64,000 nt of DNA, taken from a bacterium UBP1_UBA4783. Lineage in GTDB: Bacteria; Krumholzibacteriota; Krumholzibacteriia; Krumholzibacteriales; Krumholzibacteriaceae. How positions within the stretch are numbered: position 1 is the stretch's first letter; the number at the start of each line of letters is the position of its first letter. The stretch covers positions 13,767-77,766 of the forward strand of contig DHHB01000012.1 of NCBI GenBank assembly GCA_002403075.1, in the 5' to 3' direction. This document shows positions 57,961-64,000 of this stretch, piece after piece. A program made the position numbers and the translations under genes. Under the pieces are notes generated by a model. It made no database searches and was not told the DNA's origin. It saw nothing but the letters and a program-made list of their open reading frames with translations.

Positions 57961-58373
57961 AAGGCTACCGGATCCTCATCGTGGAGGACGACGTCGACAT
58001 CGTGGAAACCGTGAAATACAGCCTCGAGGTCAAGGGCTTCACGGTCGACGTGGCGCACGACGGGCTGCATGCGCTGCGCAAAGCGAGGATGGAGCCCGTC
58101 GATCTCATGCTGCTCGACATCATGCTGCCGGGCAAGAACGGATACGAGGTTTCGCGCATCCTCAAGGAAGAGATGGATCAGGGGAAGGTCGAGCCGTTTC
58201 CGATCCTCGTCCTCACCGCGCGAAAGGTCGCGAGCCCCGAGCGCGAGGACTTCCTCAAGACGTGGTCGAAGGCGGACGAGTTCATGTACAAGCCGTTCGA
58301 TATGAAACGTCTGCTGGCGCGGATCGCGGTTCACATGGAAGGAAGCGGCGCCGCCGCCGAGGCGGGGCGCTGA
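57957..58373 (+). CDS. response regulator receiver domain protein (CheY-like, no output domain)
   Basis: ATGA overlap with the HK stop. ILIVEDD, LMLLDIMLPG, KP motifs. Confidence 0.8.
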   Translation: MKGYRILIVEDDVDIVETVKYSLEVKGFTVDVAHDGLHALRKARMEPVDLMLLDIMLPGKNGYEVSRILKEEMDQGKVEPFPILVLTARKVASPEREDFLKTWSKADEFMYKPFDMKRLLARIAVHMEGSGAAAEAGR

Positions 58374-58421
58374 AGGCGTCCCAGGCGGTCGGGCCGCGAC
58401 GGAGAAAGGTCGCGTGCGTAC

Positions 58422-59144
58422 ATGGAGCCGGCGGTGAAGGATAAACCGCGACGACGGGAATCCCGCGATCACCTCGCGAAGGTGTTCGAGAGCTTTCCCG
58501 AGGCGCTTCTTTCCCTCGACACCGGACTGCGCATCGTCATGATGAACGCTGCGGCCGAGGAGCTTACCGGCTTCAGACGCCAGGAGATCGCGCGCCGCCG
58601 CGTGAACGCCGTCATCGGCGTGGCCCAGCTCCGCTACATGACGGGGATCCTGCGGGAGCGCGGCAGTTTCACGACCGCGAGCTTCATAACGAAGATACGC
58701 TCGAAGGAAGGCGGGGAGATCCCGGTCAGGCTCGTCGTTTCGCCCCTGCGCCGCGGCCGGCGAGGTCTCTCCGGCATCCTCTGCGTCGTTTCCGATCTCC
58801 GGGACGTGAAACGGATTCAGGGGAAGCTTCTCGAGGCCGAGCGGCTTGCCGCCCTCTCCGAGATAGCCGCCGGCCTGAGTCACGCCATAAACAACCCCCT
58901 CTGCGCGATCCTCGGGAACACGCAGCTCCTCCTCATGGAGAGCGACCGGCTCGACGCGGGGGCCGTCAAGAAGCTTCGGAGCATCGAGAGGGAGATCTCC
59001 CGCATACAGCGCGTCGCCGAGCGCCTTCCCCGCATCACGCGCCCGGCGTCGAGCGAGTACGTCGGAGGCAGGCGCATGCTCGACATCGAGGCATCGGGCC
59101 ACGCTCGCCGCCGCTCCCCCCGCGGAAGGCCCGCAAAGCAATAA
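58422..59144 (+). CDS. PAS plus HisKA protein lacking an ATP-binding catalytic domain
   Basis: FESFPEALLSLDTGLRIVMMNAAAEELTGF (PAS). H-box LSEIAAGLSHAINNPL. The protein ends ~60 aa later without N/G boxes. Confidence 0.6.
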   Translation: MEPAVKDKPRRRESRDHLAKVFESFPEALLSLDTGLRIVMMNAAAEELTGFRRQEIARRRVNAVIGVAQLRYMTGILRERGSFTTASFITKIRSKEGGEIPVRLVVSPLRRGRRGLSGILCVVSDLRDVKRIQGKLLEAERLAALSEIAAGLSHAINNPLCAILGNTQLLLMESDRLDAGAVKKLRSIEREISRIQRVAERLPRITRPASSEYVGGRRMLDIEASGHARRRSPRGRPAKQ

Positions 59145-59148
59145 TCAA

Positions 59149-59177
59149 TTGACAAATGACGTTTATTGAATAAGATT
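59149..59177 (+). promoter_or_regulatory. candidate tRNA promoter TTGACA-N16/17-TAAGAT
   Basis: TTGACA at 59149-59154 overlaps the last codons of the upstream CDS. The -10-like taagat lies ~10 nt before the tRNA 5' end. Confidence 0.4.
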
Positions 59178-59186
59178 TACGCCCGT

Positions 59187-59262
<76 letters not shown>

Positions 59263-59443
59263 TTTCAAGCCGCTCCGCGCCCGCAGGCGCGTCCCCGGGA
59301 TCAGCCCTCCGTTTTGGCCATAAGCCTATATATAATAATATGTTGGACGGCACGGCAGGCGGGAGCGAGGTCATTTTTCATATTGACACCCGCGAAACCC
59401 GGGGAGTATCTTTCGCGGTATAGGTGAAAGTGGGAGGTTGAGG

Positions 59444-59644
59444 ATGCTGGATGAGAAGACGCTGGCCGTCATTGCGGCGGCCGTGAACGCATATCTTGAA
59501 TCCGACAATAACGACGAGAAAAGGTTCGGCCAGAAGCTGAGCCCCTGGAAGATGGCCGGTCGCCGCGAAACGATGTCGAAGCGGGCGCTGACCGTTCGGG
59601 CGAATCCGACGAGGACGAGCCTGAGGAGATTCTCGATCATATAA
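59444..59644 (+). CDS. small ORF with OadG-like (decarboxylase gamma-subunit C-terminal) motif
   Basis: GGGAGG RBS lies 6 nt upstream of the ATG. LAVIAAAVNAYL resembles the conserved OadG tail. Lies directly upstream of oadA. No clear TM helix. Confidence 0.35.
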   Translation: MLDEKTLAVIAAAVNAYLESDNNDEKRFGQKLSPWKMAGRRETMSKRALTVRANPTRTSLRRFSII

Positions 59645-59684
59645 ATCCGGGGTGCCGCCGAAACCGTTCCAAAGGGCTTGCTGT

Positions 59685-61664
59685 ATGCCGACTCGGCCCA
59701 AAATCCTCAAGGCCTTTACATCCGTGAAGATCACCGATACCACGTTGCGGGACGGCCACCAGTCGATCCTCGCCACGCGGATGCGGACCGAGGATATGCT
59801 CCCGATCGCGGAGCGGCTCGATCGCATCGGGTTTCATTCGCTCGAGGTGTGGGGCGGGGCGACGTTCGACGTCGCGACGCGTTTCCTCAACGAGGATCCG
59901 TGGGATCGTCTCGTCGAGCTCAAGAAGCGCGTGAAGAAAACCCCCCTTCAGATGCTGCTCCGCGGCCAGAACCTCGTCGGCTACCGCAACTACGCCGACG
60001 ACGTCGTGGAGGCATTCGTAGCGGAGGCGGCCGAGGCCGGCGTCGACATCTTCCGCGTGTTCGACGCTCTGAACGACGAGCGCAACTTCGTCGCCTCGTT
60101 CAAGGCGATCAGAAAGACCAAGAAGCACATTCAGGGCACCATCTCCTTCTCGCTCACCGGTTCGAAGATCGGGGGCAAGGTCTACAACCTCCGCTACTTC
60201 GTGGACAAGGCGAGAGCGCTCAAGGAGATGGGGGCCGATTCGATCTGCATCAAGGACATGGCCGGGTTGCTCAACCCGTACGACGCCTACGAGCTCATCC
60301 AGGCGCTCAAGCGCGTCGTGAGGGTCCCGCTGCAGCTTCACTGCCATTACACGAGCGGCATGGCGTCGATGACCTATCTCAAGGCGATCGAGGCGGGGGT
60401 CGACGTCGTCGATTGCGCCGTGGCGCCGTTCGGGCTCCGCACGGGGGAGCCGGCGGTCGAGCCGATCGTCGCCGCTCTCAGGGGCAAGATGCGGGATCCG
60501 GGGCTCGATCTCGAGAAGCTCTACGAGATCGCCCAGTATCTCGAAACGATCGCTCCGAAGTACCGCCAATTCCTCGACTCGACGAAGATGTCGATCATCG
60601 ACACGGGCGTGCTCGAACATCAGATACCGGGCGGCATGCTGACGAACCTCATGAGCCAGCTCAAGGAGGCCGACGCCCTCGACCGCCTTCAGGAGGTCTA
60701 CGAGGAGCTGCCGCGCACGCGCAAGGAGCTCGGCTACCCGCCGCTCGTGACGCCGACGAGCCAGATCGTGGGGACGCAGGCCGTTCAGAACGTGCTCTTC
60801 GGCCGCTACAAGATGATTTCGAGCCAGGTGAAGGACTACGTGTACGGCCTCTACGGCAAGCCGCCGGCGCCCATCGACCCGAGGATCCAGCGGATCGTTC
60901 TCCACGGCTATCCGAGGGGCGACAAGCCGATCACCTGCCGCGCCGCCGACACCCTCGAGCCCGAAATGGACAAGGCGCGGGAGGCGACGAAGGATCTCGC
61001 GCTGAACGGGCGCGACGTTCTCATCTACGCGATGTATCCGACGACGGGGCTCCGTTTCCTGCGATGGAAGTACGGCAAGGAGCAGGCCCCGCCCGAGACG
61101 AAACCGAAGACGCTCGAGGACGTGAAGCGCGAGAACGATCTCGTCGAGAAGGCGCTCAAGGGCAACCTCGTCGAGAGGGCGCCGGCCGCGGGAGGTTCCG
61201 GCGGCGCGGCGATGCGCACGTTCAGCGTGTCGATCGGCGGAGAGCGTTTCAGCGTGGACGTCGAGGAGGTCGGCGGCAGGCCGCGCGTGGTAGCGGTCGG
61301 CGAGACGCAGCCGATCGTCCGGAAGGACCCGCCGGCCGCGGCCGACACGGACAAGAAGGAAGCGGAAAAGAAAGAGGAGCCGAGGGCGCCGAAAGAAGAG
61401 GCGAAGCCGAAGGCCGCGAGGAACGAAACCCCGGCGGCGTCGAACGGCGAGTATTCGGTCATCGCTCCCATGCCCGGCATGGTCGTGCAGTTCGAGGTGA
61501 AGGTGGGCGACCTGGTGAAGGAAGGGGACGTTCTCGTCATTCTCGAGGCGATGAAGATGCAGAACAATCTCACCTCCAGCATGAACGGCACCGTCAAGGC
61601 GCTCAAGGTCTCGCCCGGCTCTTCGGTCGAGAAGGATCAGGTGCTTCTGACGATCGCCCCGTGA
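59685..61664 (+). CDS. oadA: oxaloacetate decarboxylase alpha subunit / pyruvate carboxylase subunit B (carboxyltransferase plus biotinyl domain)
   Basis: ITDTTLRDGHQS (HMGL-like carboxyltransferase). C-terminal biotin attachment EAMKMQN. Confidence 0.85.
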   Translation: MPTRPKILKAFTSVKITDTTLRDGHQSILATRMRTEDMLPIAERLDRIGFHSLEVWGGATFDVATRFLNEDPWDRLVELKKRVKKTPLQMLLRGQNLVGYRNYADDVVEAFVAEAAEAGVDIFRVFDALNDERNFVASFKAIRKTKKHIQGTISFSLTGSKIGGKVYNLRYFVDKARALKEMGADSICIKDMAGLLNPYDAYELIQALKRVVRVPLQLHCHYTSGMASMTYLKAIEAGVDVVDCAVAPFGLRTGEPAVEPIVAALRGKMRDPGLDLEKLYEIAQYLETIAPKYRQFLDSTKMSIIDTGVLEHQIPGGMLTNLMSQLKEADALDRLQEVYEELPRTRKELGYPPLVTPTSQIVGTQAVQNVLFGRYKMISSQVKDYVYGLYGKPPAPIDPRIQRIVLHGYPRGDKPITCRAADTLEPEMDKAREATKDLALNGRDVLIYAMYPTTGLRFLRWKYGKEQAPPETKPKTLEDVKRENDLVEKALKGNLVERAPAAGGSGGAAMRTFSVSIGGERFSVDVEEVGGRPRVVAVGETQPIVRKDPPAAADTDKKEAEKKEEPRAPKEEAKPKAARNETPAASNGEYSVIAPMPGMVVQFEVKVGDLVKEGDVLVILEAMKMQNNLTSSMNGTVKALKVSPGSSVEKDQVLLTIAP

Positions 61665-61758
61665 TTCTTTCAGCGGAGCGAGGAACCGCTCCGAGAAAGA
61701 GCTTTATCTTATTGCCGGCAAAGTAATTGAAAAATTTGTGCGGGCCGAGCCGCAGCCC

Positions 61759-61787
61759 TTGACACCGTCAGGGATTTCTTATTAATT
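61759..61787 (+). promoter_or_regulatory. candidate promoter TTGACA-N17-TTAATT
   Basis: cccTTGACAccgtcagggatttcttaTTAATTcag, ~35 nt upstream of the nuoF-like ORF. Confidence 0.35.
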
Positions 61788-61820
61788 CAGTTCATATCTG
61801 TCGCGCATATCGGCCGGAGG

Positions 61821-63704
61821 TTGTCTCTGAAACTCTCGAAGCTTCGTTCGTATAAGAGCCTTGACAGATTCAAGAAGCAGATCGTCGATCAGCGTCCGGT
61901 GGACGCCGTCACCGTCGGCATCTGCACGGACACCGGCTGCCGTGCGTGCGGCTCGGCCGCGGTCTACGAGGCGCTGAAGAACGAGGTTGCGAAGGCCCGT
62001 CTGCGGAACGTCGAGGTCAAGGCCACGGGGTGCCACGGGTTCTGCGAGAAGGGCGGCCTCGTCGTCATCCATCCCCGCCGCATACTCTATACGCAGGTGC
62101 AGCCGTCCGACGTGCCCGAGATCGTCGAGAGAACGCTCGGACGGGGAGAGGTCGTGGAGCGTCTTCTCTACCTCGATCCGTCGAACGGGCGGCGAATCGA
62201 GCTCGAAGAAGAGGTTCCGTACTACGCGAAACAGCTTCGTCTCGTTCTCGGCGACAACTCGAAGATCGACCCCACGGACATCCGCGACTACGTCGCGCTC
62301 GACGGATATCAGGCGCTGCGGCGCGCGCTCGAGAGCATGAAGCCGCAGGCCGTGATTGACGTCGTGACGCGCTCGGGGCTCCGCGGGCGGGGCGGCGGAG
62401 GGTTTCCGGCCGGCGTCAAGTGGAACACGGCGCGGCGCGCGCCGGGAGACCGGAAGTTCGTTCTCTGCAACGCGGACGAAGGCGATCCGGGCGCCTTCAT
62501 GGACAGAAGCGTCTGCGAGGGCAACCCCCACAGCGTCATAGAGGGGATGATCATCGGCGCCTACGCGGTCGGGGCGCGCGAGGGCTGGATATACGTCCGC
62601 CACGAATACCCGCTCGCTCTCGAGGCGCTCACGATCGCGCTCGATCAGGCGCGCGCGTGCGGGTTTCTCGGCGAGCGGATCCTCGGGAGCGGTTTTTCGT
62701 TCGATATCGGTATATCGCGGGGAGGGGGCGCGTTCGTCTGCGGCGAATCGACGGCGCTCATGGCTTCCCTCGAGGGAAAGCCCGGCGAGCCGCGCGCGAA
62801 ATACGTTCATACGGTCGAAAAGGGACTCTTCGACATGCCGACCGTCCTCAACAACGTCGAGACGTGGGCGAACGTGCCGAAGATCATCCTCGGAGGCGCC
62901 GGCTGGTACTCCTCGATCGGGATCGGGGACGTGAGCGCCGATCCGTGGGGCGGGAGCACGGGGACCAAGATATTCTCGCTCGTCGGCAAGGTCGTGAACA
63001 CCGGTCTCGTCGAAGTGCCCATGGGAACGACGCTGCGCGAGATCATCTTCGATATCGGCGGCGGCGTTCCGAACGGAAAGAAATTCAAAGCGGTGCAGAC
63101 GGGCGGGCCGTCGGGAGGCGTGCTTCCAGAGTCGCTGCTCGATCTGCCGGTCGATTTCGACCGGCTGGCCGGGGCGGGCTCGATGATGGGATCGGGCGGC
63201 ATGATCGTCATGGACGAGGACACCTGCATGGTGGACGTCGCCCGCTATTTCATCGATTTTCTGAAGGACGAGTCGTGCGGCAAATGCCTTCCGTGCCGCG
63301 AGGGGCTGCGCGCGCTTCTCGAGATACTGAACCGGATCGTCGAGGGAAAGGGCCGGCGCGGGGACGTCGCGCTCCTCGAGGAGGTCGCCGGGAGCGTCGC
63401 CGAAACCTCCCTCTGCGCGCTCGGCGGATCCGCCCCGAATCCGGTGCTGACGGCGATACGGTATTTTCGGGACGAGATCGAGGCGCACATACGGGACAAG
63501 CGGTGCCCGGCGGGCGTCTGCAAGCCGCTCCTGCATTACCGGATCGTTCCGGAGCGCTGCACGGGCTGCCACGCCTGCGTCAAGCCGTGTCCGGCCTCGT
63601 GCATCAGCGGCGCGGCGAAGAAGGTTCACGTGATCGACGAGGCGAAGTGCGTCACATGCGGCGCCTGCCTCGACGTCTGCACATTCGACGCGATCGAGAG
63701 GTGA
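61821..63704 (+). CDS. NuoF-like NAD(P)H-binding flavoprotein with N-terminal thioredoxin-like [2Fe-2S] domain and C-terminal 2x[4Fe-4S] ferredoxin domain (HndC/HydB-like)
   Basis: GGGGFPAG, CNADEGDPGAF, ESCGKCLPCREG, and C-terminal CTGCHACVKPCP / CVTCGACLDVC. The exact start is uncertain: TTG at 61821 directly abuts GGAGG, and a later GTG is possible. Confidence 0.8.
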   Translation: MSLKLSKLRSYKSLDRFKKQIVDQRPVDAVTVGICTDTGCRACGSAAVYEALKNEVAKARLRNVEVKATGCHGFCEKGGLVVIHPRRILYTQVQPSDVPEIVERTLGRGEVVERLLYLDPSNGRRIELEEEVPYYAKQLRLVLGDNSKIDPTDIRDYVALDGYQALRRALESMKPQAVIDVVTRSGLRGRGGGGFPAGVKWNTARRAPGDRKFVLCNADEGDPGAFMDRSVCEGNPHSVIEGMIIGAYAVGAREGWIYVRHEYPLALEALTIALDQARACGFLGERILGSGFSFDIGISRGGGAFVCGESTALMASLEGKPGEPRAKYVHTVEKGLFDMPTVLNNVETWANVPKIILGGAGWYSSIGIGDVSADPWGGSTGTKIFSLVGKVVNTGLVEVPMGTTLREIIFDIGGGVPNGKKFKAVQTGGPSGGVLPESLLDLPVDFDRLAGAGSMMGSGGMIVMDEDTCMVDVARYFIDFLKDESCGKCLPCREGLRALLEILNRIVEGKGRRGDVALLEEVAGSVAETSLCALGGSAPNPVLTAIRYFRDEIEAHIRDKRCPAGVCKPLLHYRIVPERCTGCHACVKPCPASCISGAAKKVHVIDEAKCVTCGACLDVCTFDAIER

Positions 63705-63745
63705 CGGCCGGGATCGGGCGCGAGCGAGCGCGGCCGGCCGGGATC

Positions 63746-64000
63746 ATGAGCAGGATCGACACGATACGGAAGATCGAGCGTTCGCTCGTTGAGCGGCGGG
63801 TCGCCGCGGGGCTCGCGACGCCGGCCGCGGCGCCGGACGCCGCGGCGGTCGAGGCGATTCTCGACCGGCACGGCCGCGCGAGCGAGCAGATCATCGCCAT
63901 TCTCCAGGATCTCCAGGAGAAGCGCCGCTATCTGCCCGAACCGGAGCTGCGGTACATCTCGCGCGAGCTCGATATCCCGATGACGCGCATCTACGCGATC
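63746..64000 (+). CDS. NuoE-like [2Fe-2S] thioredoxin-like subunit (partial, runs off the window end)
   Basis: ATG at 63746. IIAILQDLQEKRRYLPEPELRYISRELDIPMTRIYAI matches the NuoE/HndA N-terminus. No stop before position 64000. Confidence 0.55.
   Translation, partial: MSRIDTIRKIERSLVERRVAAGLATPAAAPDAAAVEAILDRHGRASEQIIAILQDLQEKRRYLPEPELRYISRELDIPMTRIYAI

Noticed and set aside
59637-60905. 422-aa minus ORF, and similar shadows at 61782-63629, 37557-39263, 38803-39816, 39926-40834, 41139-42431, 54424-55986, 25170-25955, 25957-27120
   Set aside because: Each is the antisense shadow of a strongly supported + strand gene (oadA, nuoF-like, aminotransferase, arcC, larA-like, purD, galE, parA, TPR).

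Overview
This 64-kb window is ~70% GC bacterial chromosome, almost entirely coding on the + strand (about 43 genes plus one tRNA). Overlapping start/stop codons (ATGA, GTGA, TGATG) are frequent. Because of the GC content, every real gene carries long Arg/Pro/Ala-rich shadow ORFs in other frames, and I rejected these. The window reads as two parts.

**1. Cell-surface, secretion and signalling region (1-37.5 kb).**
- A six-gene, translationally coupled cluster: a DUF4388 protein, a PorV/FadL-like outer-membrane beta-barrel, a secreted protein, and three consecutive CBM48 (AMPK-beta glycogen-binding-type) domain proteins.
- A 380-bp AT-rich promoter/leader island.
- A 13-kb gene for a 4345-aa adhesin-like protein: signal peptide, six DNA-level tandem 303-bp Big_1 Ig repeats, roughly 17 CARDB-like repeats and a T9SS-type C-terminal sorting domain.
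- Directly downstream (TGATG overlap), a second PorV-like beta-barrel fused to TPR repeats.
- A 1403-aa protein that fuses a complete partner-switching module into one polypeptide: an RsbW-like kinase domain, two TM helices, HAMP, a PP2C (SpoIIE/RsbU) phosphatase, an IS3-transposase-like HTH segment, and three STAS domains.
- This is followed by a coupled orphan ParA/MinD ATPase, a TPR protein and two single-domain STAS proteins. No sigma factor is encoded nearby.
- Then a BatA-like vWA membrane protein, a LolA-like/TlpA thioredoxin fusion, a second T9SS cargo with two Lamin-tail domains, and two putative outer-membrane proteins.

**2. Housekeeping region (37.5-64 kb).** aminotransferase, arcC, LarA-like, purD-purE-tsaC, a minus-strand LPS-core operon (heptosyltransferase-waaA-radical SAM), two paralogous XRE-cupin regulators, DUF1844, a TSP3-repeat OmpA protein, mazG, uvrA, galE, a histidine kinase/response regulator pair plus a PAS-HisKA protein lacking an ATPase domain, tRNA-Phe(GAA), an OadG-like peptide plus oadA, and a NuoF-like/NuoE-like flavoprotein pair running off the window end.

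The high GC, T9SS-type C-terminal domains and fermentative genes suggest an uncultured FCB-group lineage (Gemmatimonadota/Eisenbacteria/Krumholzibacteriota-like); this is inference. The most novel element is the all-in-one partner-switching protein with its ParA/STAS satellites, located next to giant T9SS cargo.
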